The notes under the pieces were generated by a model, which ran no database searches, had not been told where the DNA came from, and saw only the letters and a list, made by a program, of their open reading frames with translations. The translations under genes were made by a program, and so were the position numbers. A stretch of 64,000 bases of DNA. Source: Tubulanus polymorphus (taxonomy: Eukaryota > Animalia > Nemertea). The DNA is taken from positions 310,001 through 374,000 of the forward strand of contig NC_134025.1 in the NCBI RefSeq assembly GCF_964204645.1, in the 5' to 3' direction. Positions 1 through 11,418 of the stretch are shown here, in pieces; position 1 is the first letter of the stretch, and each line of letters begins with the position of its first letter.

Positions 1-429
1 AACGTGCGTGACAGTAGCGCGGGAACAGACACGAAACCCGGGAAAAAGACAGCACGGTTTCGAGGAAATAAGCACGAAAGCGAATTAGCAGGATGTATAC
101 TCGGGGAGCCTTAAATGAATAACTCAATATCAGTAAGCACGAACCACTGACTGGCGCACGTTCCGTATTGACTACAGATTGAGGGCTGAAGAAACTGTCT
201 TTATCACCGCGCCGTGTGCTCGCAGTGTGCGCTGTGGCACACGCCCTTTCATCATTAAAAAATAACTCAGTGCGACGGCACTGACTGATGAAATAATACC
301 TTAACAACAGTAACACATTTTGAATTCGACACCGGTATTCATCCAACTATATCTGAACTGATTCCCGAATTCAAAATCAAACCCCAGTTTCTTGTTGCTG
401 GTAGGTCAACCATCAGTATCATTGATACT

Positions 430-522
430 GGTGAGGGCTAGTGGAGTTGACACGGGTGAGGGCTAGTGGACTTGATACTGGTGAGGGCTAATGGAGGGTG
501 AGGGCTGGTGGAGTTGATACGG
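430..522. repeat. Short tandem repeat (~25-bp unit GGTGAGGGCTAGTGGAGTTGATAC), ~4 degenerate copies
   Basis: Direct repeats visible in the sequence. Confidence 0.7.
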
Positions 523-1147
523 GTTAGACATGCGTGTCTAACTATAAAACTTAACATTAACCTCTGTAAAGTTGAAGCCTTTTAACAAACTGCAGACTCG
601 TTCTAGTCACGAATTCTCCAGTTCCCGGATGGCGCCATAAGATCGCCGATTTTTTATTCATGCACACGACAGAATATCGTGATATAGCAAAATTCATAAA
701 TCGAGCTGATATTGTTGGCGCAGGCGCAGGCTGCTGCTGCTGCTGCTGGGATAGAGGGGATGAATGATGTATGGTTGGTATAATTACACTACAGTTAATT
801 GTCTCGCAGATTAGCATAGAACGACACGCAATGTATTCATTAGGTAACATACACCCCCACGCCCTAACACCCCTCCCCGCGCCCTCTCACTCCCTCCCCG
901 TGTATAACACACGTCTCCCGAAACGATTCATACTTCAAAACGTCATCAATCGCAATTAAACCACGATTCATCATCAGAAAAATTATCGATAATTATTGAG
1001 GAAGAAAACTCGTTCCTTTTACAGATAGTTGAAACAGCGACGTGGGAGGCATAGACTCCGCGTGGAACAGCTATATCAGACCTAATGAGAAACTGTCATT
1101 AGAAACTGATGTAAATCAGATAATGATAGCGGTATTGTTACAGTGGA

Positions 1148-1395
1148 TCACACCTGACTGGTCACCGGTACCACACCTGACTGGTCACCGGTTACCACAC
1201 CTGACTGATCACCGGTAACCACATCTCACTGGTCACCAGTCACAACCACACTGACCAGATAAACCAACAAACTCTATCAGTGGTGTATGGTCCAGTGGTT
1301 AGCGTGTTAGGCCGACATGCTGGAGGCCGCGGGTTCGAGTCCTGCTAGGGTTAGGGTTATGGGAGAGCTAGGGTTTGGGTTAGCGAGGTTAGGTC
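1148..1395 (+). mobile_element. SINE-like element: ACCACACCTGACTGGTCACC repeats + tRNA-like A/B boxes + TTAGGG-like tail
   Basis: A box TGGTCCAGTGG (~1288), B box GGTTCGAGTCC (~1332), then TAGGGTTAGGGTTA; related copies at ~25775-26075, ~39290-39510 and ~56136-56200. Confidence 0.6.
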
Positions 1396-1748
1396 ACTGA
1401 TGTCGCATTTTTGGTTCTGGTTTTGCCTTGAAGATACAATTTTTGTAAAAGATTTCTGTTTTGGAATAAAGAACAGCCTGAGCTAAACCGGGTTCAAACA
1501 GCCCGAGCCGAGTGTGTATAAGGAGTAGTAGTTGTTTGTTGGTAGTGATTGTAGTCATGTAATAGTTAGTAATTCAAGTCATGTATCGCTATTAGTACAG
1601 TGATTGAATCGCAGAAAGGCATTCAGTCGATCATTTTATTAAACCAGACCGATGTCGACTGGTTACAAATGCGTTCGCGGACAAGTAACGTTTACTGATG
1701 AGCTGAGAATGTTTAATACCGCCGGGTCTCGGGGAATCTCAGGACCCG

Positions 1749-1865
<117 letters not shown>

Positions 1866-2504
1866 AGGATATTTCACTAATGTATGAAAGTGCTGCTAGG
1901 ATATTTCACTAATGTATGAAAGAAATAAAATCTGATTCTTTCTGATTCGATCAATTTAGTCGTTTAACGTGCGCGAATAAAACAGTCATATAACACACAT
2001 AAAACATTACCGAGTTTTCATAACCTCGCTTTCCAGGGGTGAGTCTAGTACGGTAGTGGCAAGTGAGGGCGTACAGTGGCTGCCCGGCCGCCCGGCCGCC
2101 CGCAGGGGGTGATCTCACATTGATCATCGGTACACACGCAACTGTGTCACTGTCGGGTTTTGAAGGTGATGTTTATCAGCAGGAAAGCTTTTAGCTGATT
2201 ACCGACACAACTAGCTATCAATATTTTTCATTAAATTTACATTTGTAGCCGCACCGCAGACGGGGTTGAAGCTATAGGCCTGCGGGCTACTCTCTCCATC
2301 TACCAGACCGGTTTCAGGGGTCTAACAGTCTCTCAGCTATCCGTTAATCGATGTATCTCATATTCATTTCGTCATCAATTAGATTTAGGTGACAAAATTA
2401 CGTGATAAAACTACGGATGATAGAAGCGCCGTTAACAGATAACTGATTGAGGAAAGTGAAAAAAATATTCAATGATTTGTCGTTAAGTTTCATATAAGAA
2501 TGAA

Positions 2505-2730
2505 AATAGTCCGAAATGTTTCCTAGAACTCTGATGGTTTCAACGTTTCGACCGAGTGATCATTTATTGTCATCTTCACAGATATATACAACTTAATTAC
2601 AATTCAGAACAAAGAATCTACAAATTTAACATCAATGAAACAAGGAAACATTTCTGACTTTTTCAAATTCTTAGATTGGGATTTTATATGTCTTTACAAC
2701 ACGTATTCACAGTGTTTCATCAATGGTTAT
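2505..2730. mobile_element. Penelope-like dispersed repeat (inverted pair) with degenerate hammerhead-like core
   Basis: Minus strand GTGAAGATGAC..GTCGAAACGTTG; plus-strand tail CAAGGAAACATTTC..CTTTACAACACG..GTGTTTCATCAATGG, shared with copies at 3121, 22168, 23600, 27290 and 43441. Confidence 0.55.
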
Positions 2731-3633
2731 TCGTTAACCAGGTTCACAACTTGAGTGTTGTTTTTCACATATGATTAAGTCAAAGAGTCAGAGATCAGAG
2801 ACAGAGACAAGAGATGAGGGTTTGAATAGAATCACTGATGTCACATACAGTCAGTCAGTAGCTGTACACCTGGTGATCATACTATTATACTTTAAAGTCG
2901 AGTACGTGCTCCAAACATCTGTCGCCCGCAACTAACGTCGTCATTGTCGATTGTCATATCAACTTTTTTTTTCGTTCTGTCGAAGATGTTTTAATTTCGA
3001 CACGATTGACACGTGACCTGTTGTGCGTATCAGCACCTGTTATCGATGACGTCATCAGACAGGTCATCAGTCTCAAACTATAGCATACACATCAAAATAC
3101 GAGTACAATGTAGTTCCAGTATTCCTGAAGAAACGTTGAATAAACTATCATCAACTCGAGGAAATATTTCAGACTCTTCTGTGAAGGGATTTTGAATTTG
3201 TCTCCATAACACGGACTCAGAGTGTTTCATCAATGTTATAAACTTCATCATTGTACACGAACTAATTGTAATTGCGAGTCAAACTGTGGAACTGTTTCCA
3301 CACCTTTACGAAATAGATATATCAAAATACTTGACACGGTAAACCAGTCTAGATTCGAATACTTGAAACCAAGCTTATCATCATTAAACATTGATCCTTC
3401 GTCATCAAACAACTCATATTTTATAAACTAGCAATCTATCAAATAGAATCATAAAACAGGGCAAATGATTTATCAATAAAACTTCGTTTAGAAATTGAGG
3501 TCATCGATGGAAACAGAATCGTTTAAAAAATGTTGGCAATTTGACGAGTGACATAAAAGTTTCAGTTTTCGTGATCAGAAATGAAATAGAAAGAATAGTA
3601 AAAATATAGACATGAATCATAGAGATTACGAAG

Positions 3634-4100
3634 TAAACAGGGGTCAGGTAAACAGGGGTCGGGTAAACAGAGGTGAACGGGGAGAAAGTAAACAGGGAGA
3701 GGAGAGGTAAACATGGGGAGAGGTAAACATGGGGAGAGGTAAACATGGGGTAGAGGTAAAACAGGGAGGGGTAAACAGGGGAGAGGTAAACAGGGGGAGA
3801 GGTAAACATGGGGAGAGGTAAACATGGGGTAGAGGTAAAACAGGGAGGGGTAAACAGGGGAGAGGTAAACAGGGGGAGAGGTAAACATGGGGAGAGGTAA
3901 ACATGGGGTAGAGGTAAAACAGGGAGGGGTAAACAGGGGAGAGGTAAACATGGGGAGAGGTAAACATGGGGAGAGGTAAACATGGGGTAGAGGTAAAACA
4001 GGGAGGGGTAAACAGGGGAGAGGTAAACAGGGGGAGGGATAACAGGGGGAGAGGTAAACAGGGAGGTAAACAGGGGGAGAGAGGTAAAACAGGGGGAGAG
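3634..4100. repeat. G-rich minisatellite (16-17-bp unit GAGGTAAACA(T)GGGGA) with ~80-bp higher-order periodicity
   Basis: Seen directly; accounts for the repetitive ORFs at 3501-4298. Confidence 0.9.
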
Positions 4101-5781
4101 AGGGAAAGAGAAGCATTAATGAGATATGATGAAACACACTCAGCGGCAGTCGCCTGCTGCTCATCATATATTCAACTCCAGTCCCAAAACCTAAGCTCAA
4201 GTCGATGCCAAGACATGCGAAGCATTGCTAATTATGACTTTGCATGCAAGTCAGCGATAAGCCGGAGTTTATTTGATTTTTTGGTATCAGTAGAATAGGT
4301 CCCTGCTTGCATGACAAGAATCAGGCTAGAGAAATAACCAGTCTAGTTCATGACAAGTAATGGCCAACTGGCATGCAATGTATTATAGGCAGATTATTGT
4401 AGATCCATTATTCAGTGCTTCAACACGGAATGTTTCCACGCAGTTCCGCACGAAACGCAATTAATGCAGATTTATTCCCTCATTTACAACTATCCAGAAA
4501 AAAACTTCACAAACTTTTGTCGTCGTCGTCGTCGTCATCGCGGAGTAGAAGCAGTAACACGAAATCCATATACAAAACACTATTGATTACACATGGAATA
4601 TCATAACACTACCCCCCTCCCCCCAGCTCCCCTCCTCCCCACGATTGCTGTACTCTGATGCAGTCAATTTAATTAAATGTTTTTTTGCTCGCAGCAAATT
4701 TAATTTCACTGCGACAGATTTAAAGCTACGGGGCCTCGAGATTTAAAACATCATCTCAGGCAGCTACAATTCACTGTTTGTATACAGTTCCGGTAATGGT
4801 TGTATGCGGCCCTGGGACACTGTGCGGGGCCCTGGGACACTGAGCGGGGCACTAGGACACTGTGCAGGGCACTAGGACACTGTGTAGTGCCACGCAGAGC
4901 CCACCAGTCCCACTCACCAGTCCCACTCACCGGTTCCACTCACCAGTCCCACTCACCGGTTCCACTCTAATCAGTAAAACATCCCGAAGATATAAAACAT
5001 ACATCGATATAAATTGACAAGTTTTTGTAACTATGAAGAAACTGAAGAGAACGACATTTATTCATTCATTTTCGCTGCCGGCAAAATCCACATCATTTCT
5101 TTAGTAATTATTCGTAGTTTTTTTTCGCCTCATTCTTGAAGAAACAAGACACAAAATAGAGACGGGTTTCTCTTTCATGCGAGGTGTGGCTTAAGGCGAA
5201 TGCGTGGAGAAAGCTGGTAACAAGATAATTGTCAGTGCCTAGCCATCAGCAACACTGTCTGTACGTTCATCATATCAAAGCGAAGTTACCATTGATAGAA
5301 GAGATCAATGCTATAGCTACGGGCGAGAACCACTACTCATAAATATTGAACACTCGACTAATTTCATAAAATCGTTGCTCGCTGCTACACGACGCTGATA
5401 GGCACAGTTAGACGGCTTCAAAGTTTCCACGTTTTACTTCAAAGTGCTTTCACAGAATTTCAGTATAAAGGGAAAACATAGTAAAGAAGAAATGAATAGA
5501 AGATAAAATGATGTACAGGTTACTACTCTTCTTTCTGCTCTTTTTTCTTAATTCTGTCGCTCTCTTTTTCTCCTCTTTTCTTATCATCATCATCGTCACT
5601 CTCCTCGCGATAACAGATAAAACACTCTCTCATTATTCTTAAGATGTAAAAAATAATCTTGATTTGAAATAAACAGATGACACATCATTTACTGTCACCC
5701 GAATAAACTACCGTTATCACAATACAGTCTCACTGTTGTCACCTCAAATTACTTCTTTTTTAATGAGTTAAATCACAACTG

Positions 5782-5906
5782 AAACTGGATCCAAAACTGC
5801 GGAACTGGATCCAGAAATGTGGAACTGGATCCAGAAATGTGGAACTGGATCGGAAACTGTGGAACTGTAGCTGCTGCTGCTGCTGCCGCTGCTGCTGCCG
5901 CTGCTG
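5782..5906. repeat. 20-bp GTGGAACTGGATCCAGAAAT repeats followed by (GCT)n; the same family recurs at ~7765-7862 and ~16830-16900
   Basis: Direct repeats; the CTGTGGAACTG core is dispersed through the window. Confidence 0.75.
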
Positions 5907-6743
5907 TATTGAACCATGGTTTAAATTTGAGTTGAAACATTTGAAATGAATTATAGAATAAATATGACTGCATGCCCGGGATGAGGTAGCAATAATTAGT
6001 TGTTATGTCATCAGTAATGGTTGCGTTGTATCGGTGTAAAAACCATTTAACTACGAGTTAAACATTAATTTCTGCATCACATTAGATATGAAATCGTGAA
6101 TATATAAGAAACGTGAATAATTACGAGATGAGACATAAATTGAGGAAGGTTTGCATGAGATACGTGGTAAATAGTATAATCGCATGACTGCGGGTAATTT
6201 ACGAGTAGAACCCTGAGCTATGTGTGTCGTGTGTGTCGTGCATGCTTAATCACAATTGGCAAATTCACTTTGAAGTTAGTTACATTTTCATTGTTCAATA
6301 GAGTTAATGGTTAGAGGACTGAATTCATACACATGTGACACCCCACACCCTTAATAGTAATCACGTACACCCCTCTCTCTCCCTTTCCCCTCTCTCCTAA
6401 AAAGTTATGAAACTAAATTTTCCACAATAATTCAACATAAGTATTAATTGAAAAACTGCTTAAATTCATGTACAATTGTTGTGTAAAAAACGATCAAATA
6501 AAAATCTCATAAACTTTATCTATAATATCATAGAAAGGCTGCAGTTGATTATTAGTAACACTGCGACTTTCAGAAGCTGCAGTTGCTCACAAGTTGTTTA
6601 AAGTTAACAAGTTTGAAGTTGACTATTATCTGCAACTGCAGCCCGTGGACTGGGTGAATGTTTATTGGGCCTAGCAGCACACGGGTTTAAGTCATGTCAA
6701 GCAAAAAGGATTTAAATTTCAGATGTTGTTTGCACATAGTCCG

Positions 6744-6781
<38 letters not shown>

Positions 6782-7924
6782 GGTGAGAGGGGTAGCCTTT
6801 AGGGAACGCCACTAGCATCCACCACAAAATAGAACTTACTATTCTAATGAAACAATACAGACTTAATCTGATTTCATTTGATTTGCCTCGAGCTCAATAC
6901 GAATTTAATCCTAACATTAATGATAACTAAAAGCAGTCTATTGATGAGCCTAAGGGTCGGGGCCAGTAGTTTGCCCGGTATGAACCCGTAGGTGTAGCCC
7001 GCAGATACATACTCTACTCACAAGTCACATGCCCCGAAGATAAACTATGATCATTGATAACTGGTCATACACGGCCCGACGACGCCCACCCGCCCGCCCC
7101 CGGAGTTAAATACCACAGCTTCGGGCAAACACTACACAATAACATGAAAGAACAGCCGAGGGAAAATTCCCACTTAAGAAATTGTTGCGAGTGAATTTTT
7201 TCCAATCTGGGATCGGTTGACTCCACTTCTAAACCGAGCTCCGACAAGACACGGACAAGACACAGACAAGACTACCGGAAATAGTAGTTTTATCGAGAAT
7301 GAACTAGAAATGATCGTGATTTTAAGAGTATTTTGATATTTTTAATAGTTGAGGGATAGAAACAAGTTGTATCAAGTAGAAGGGGCTGACAGCGTTTTAT
7401 ATTTAACTGTTAAACAGTAAGACTAGAGAAACATTAATTGTATTTATATTGTGTTTGTGTGAATATGAATTGATTTTAAGAATGAGCGACGTGTCAATCA
7501 GTGAATAGATCTGCTGGAGAGAGGAGAGAGGGAGAGAGGGAGGGAGGGGGAGATGGGGGTTTAGGGGGGAAGCGTGATTATAAAATCTTTCAAGTCACGT
7601 ATGAGTAATAAAATCAACAATATACACAAACTGTGACAACTGCATCACCAGCACCAGCTACCAGTAGCAGCACCAGCTACCAGTAGCACCAGCACCAGCT
7701 ACTACTTCCTTAAATAGCAGGACCTACTTTCACAGTTCTCGGTTAAGATTTATCTCTAAATCTAGAACTGTGGAACCGCATCCAGAAGAGTGGAACTGAG
7801 TCCAGTAACTGTGGAACTGAGTCCAGAACTGTGGAACCGAGTCCAGAACTGTGGAACTGGTTCCTGTATACTATCAGTAGGGTTAGATTTAGTTTTAGGG
7901 TATAAGATATTTGGGTTAGTTCAC

Positions 7925-7980
7925 CTGAGTTTGGAGTCGCTCCAACACTGTGATAGATGTGTTGTGTAGTATGTAATTAA
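7925..7980 (-). other. Candidate orphan 56-nt exon
   Basis: Long CT-rich tract + CAG acceptor, CAG|GTGA donor; two open frames (NYILHNTSITVLERLQTQ or LITYYTTHLSQCWSDSKL). Confidence 0.35.
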
Positions 7981-9467
7981 CTGAGAGGGTGAGAGGGAGA
8001 GAGAGAGAGATGTGAGTTTGGTGTCTCCTGCTTGATTAGTTAATGCCTAGGGCTGATACATTACTAGGTACTATACCCACAGGGCACGCATGAAAACCAA
8101 TAGACACTAGTCACTGACACACAAGCTTAACTAGCCTCAGGATTCAAACTGCTTCTCTTCACTGAGGAGAGCAGGGAGTGGGAGGAGGGGAGTGGGGAGT
8201 GAGAGACAGGGAGTGGGGTCTGGAGGGGAGGGGGAGAGGCCTGGAGGGGAGGAGAGGGCCTGGACGGGAAGAATCAATGTACACTACTCTGAATGATGAA
8301 TGAATGATGAGATTTTGACATGAACAATCGACATTTATCATTTACTGATAGGATCGTCATGGTGATCAGTCACGTCATTGTAGTGGGTCGTCACGGATAC
8401 ATCATCAGTATCGGTATCAGTCATCTGTGTTTCATCAGATGCTGAACCGTGAGAATCTACCACTTACCCCGACCCCCAACCCCGACCCCAAAATAAAATA
8501 ATTTCTCTCTTTTGATAATAAAAAAGCTATTTATTCCATAACACAGTATTGAGTGGATATGGGTGGATAAGAGTGGATATGGGTGGATATGAGTGGATAT
8601 GGGTGGATATGGGTAGAGGAGTCTGATATCCTCACAATTATTACTAATGATTTATAGATACATAGTTTACGCAGTGTGAACTCCATGGTAACAGAAGAGA
8701 TCTCCGTGGTTACGCAATCCCAGATATTCATTGTTTTATGAAAATAGTTGCTACAAATTTCTGAAGTTTTGACGATCATTTCTCAACCCACCTGCCAGAG
8801 CTCACTATATTCCACATGATTCTACTGCACTAACAGGATCCAGGGGGTGTTTATTGCCCAAATACGGTCGAAAATTCAGAGCAACGTTTGACATTTTGCA
8901 TTGAAATAAAGCTGTTCATTCACAATGACTCTGACAGAAATAAACAGCACATTACTGATCTAAAATTGACCGGTTTCACTACTAGAATACCGGGAGTGCA
9001 GCCCTCAATTTATCTTCCATCACTGTCTGACGATGGATTCAACAGTTTATTTTCTAAAATGCAATTTCTCTCTGTAATATTTCTAATGCTCCAAATGCAG
9101 GTTGTGTTCTGCACATTTCTAGTATTTCTCTTTTGTTTCACATTGTAAACTATTTTCTGTTTCTATTGTTTCTCAGACTCTGTAAGTTTTATTGCATGTA
9201 TTTGTGCTACGTGAGCTTATTTTCCATGCAGCATTTACATTAAAGAACAAGATCATCAGGACTTCAGTCCTTACACAAAACTGTGGTAAAGTGTGAATGC
9301 AATAACTGACTACAACTATTAAACATCGTTAGTTAAAAATATATAACCGTTATATGTTAAAATCTAATTAAATCAAACTAAATCATTAATTTTATCAACT
9401 GCTTTGGTTAGAAAACTAACTACTTCTTCGCCATCTATGAGAATTTTAAGGAACTAAAATAACTTAC

Positions 9468-9511
9468 CTCGCAGCTGGTTGATAAAGAGTTCTCTTATCC
9501 GCAGGCGCCAT
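9468..9511 (-). other. Candidate first exon of an unidentified gene (MAPADKRTLYQPAA)
   Basis: AAAAGATGGCG start context and strong GAG|GTAAGT donor; no recognisable downstream partner exon. Confidence 0.4.
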
Positions 9512-9835
9512 CTTTTGGGATTCGATTTCATTAAGAGATTTTGGTGATTGATGAGCGAGAATCTCAGTGAATAAACGTCCAGCTATGGATTATAGTTACA
9601 TTCATACATTCTTACAACATTTCAAAACAATCCTACATTTAAACATGTCAGAATTATTTCCAGTGGAAACAATTCACTCAGGGTGGAAAACAATCCACTC
9701 AGGTGGAAACAATCCAGTGTTCAATTTATGAACCTCTTGTTTTCTAATGGGGGTATTTATTACATTCAAAGGTTTTTTGGCTTAAATAAAAATGAAAACA
9801 GAATCAATGCTTTCAAAAATGTTGACAATAACATT

Positions 9836-11366
9836 GGATCTTTTGACTTGAGAGTGATATCTCTGAGTTGGATGGTACAGTGGACTCCTCTCAAGTCGGA
9901 TCTTTTGACTTGAGAGTGATATCTGAGTTGGATGGTACAGTAGACTCCGCTCAAGTCAGATCTATTGACTAGAGAGTGATATCTGAGTTGGATGATACAG
10001 TAGACTCCGCTCAAGTCAGATCTTTTGACTTGAGAGTGATATCTGAGTTGGATGATACAGTAGACTCCGCTCAAGTCTGATCTTTTGACTTGAGAGTGAT
10101 ATCTGAGTTGGATGGTACAGTAGACTCCGCTCAAGTCTGATCTATTGACTTGAGAGTGATATCTGAGTTGGATGGTACAGTAGACTCCGCTCAAGTCAGA
10201 TCTATTGACTTGAGAGTGATATCTGAGTTGGATGGTACAGTAGACTCCGCTCAAGTCTGATCTATTGACTTGAGAGTGATATCTGAGTTGGATGATACAG
10301 TAGACTCCGCTCAAGTCTGATCTATTGACTTGAGAGTGATATCTGAGTTGGATGGTACAGTAGACTCCGCTCAAGTCAGATCTATTGACTTGAGAGTGAT
10401 ATCTGAGTTGGATGGTACAGTAGACTCCGCTCAAGTCGGATCTTTTGACTTGAGAGTGATATCTGAGTTGGATGGTACAGTAGACTCCTCTCAAGTCGGA
10501 TCTATTGACTTGAGAGTGATATCTGAGTTGGATGATACAGTAGACTCTGCTCAAGTCAGATCTATTGACTTGAGAGTGATATCTGAGTTGGATGGTACAG
10601 TAGACTCCTCTCAAGTCGGATCTATTGACTTGAGAGTCATATCTGAGTTGGATGATACAGTAGACTCCGCTCAAGTCAGATCTATTGACTTGAGAGTGAT
10701 ATCTGAGTTGGATGATACAGTAGACTCCGCTTAAGTCGGATGTTTTGACTTGAGAGTGATATCTGAGTTGGATGGTACAGTAGACTCCTCTCAAGTCTGA
10801 TCTATTGACTTAAGAGTGATATCTGAGTTGGATGATACAGTAGACTCCGCTCAAGTCGGATCTATTGACTTAAGAGTGATATCTGAGTTGGATGGTACAG
10901 TAGACTCCGCTCAAGTCGGATCTATTGACTTAAGAGTGATATCTGAGTTGGATGGTACAGTAGACTCCGCTCAAGTCGGATCTATTGACTTAAGAGTGAT
11001 ATCTGAGTTGGATGGTACAGTAGACTCCGCTCAAGTCGGATCTATTGACTTAAGAGTGATATCTGAGTTGGATGGTACAGTAGACTCCGCTCAAGTCGGA
11101 TCTATTGACTTAAGAGCGATATCTGAGTTGGATGGTACAGTAGACTCCGCTCAAGTCGGATCTATTGACTTAAGAGTGATATCTGAGTTGGATGGTACAG
11201 TAGACTCCGCTCAAGTCGGATCTATTGACTTAAGAACGACATCTGAGTTGGATGGTACAGTAGACTCCGCTCAAGTCTGATCTTTTGACTTGAGAGTGAT
11301 ATCTGAGTTGGATGATACAGTAGACTCCGCTCAAGAGTCTGATCTATTGACTTGAGAGTGATATCT
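9836..11366. repeat. 60-bp satellite, ~25 copies, each junction able to form a CTCAAGTC/GACTTGAG hairpin
   Basis: Unit TCTATTGACTTGAGAGTGATATCTGAGTTGGATGGTACAGTAGACTCCGCTCAAGTCRGA; two sub-arrays (TTGAG vs TTAAG). Confidence 0.97.
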
Positions 11367-11418
11367 ATATACAGTCTATCGGGTGATATTAATATTGATG
11401 AATAAGTATGATACATAC

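Noticed and set aside
1281-1352. tRNA gene
   Set aside because: A/B boxes are present but the acceptor stem does not pair and related copies are divergent; treated as SINE-like
3501-4298. Pro/Leu-rich ORFs
   Set aside because: Minisatellite artefacts
9766-11280. Long repetitive ORFs and CRISPR-like look of the 60-bp array
   Set aside because: Unit length divisible by 3 keeps frames open by chance; spacers are invariant, there are no cas genes and the context is eukaryotic
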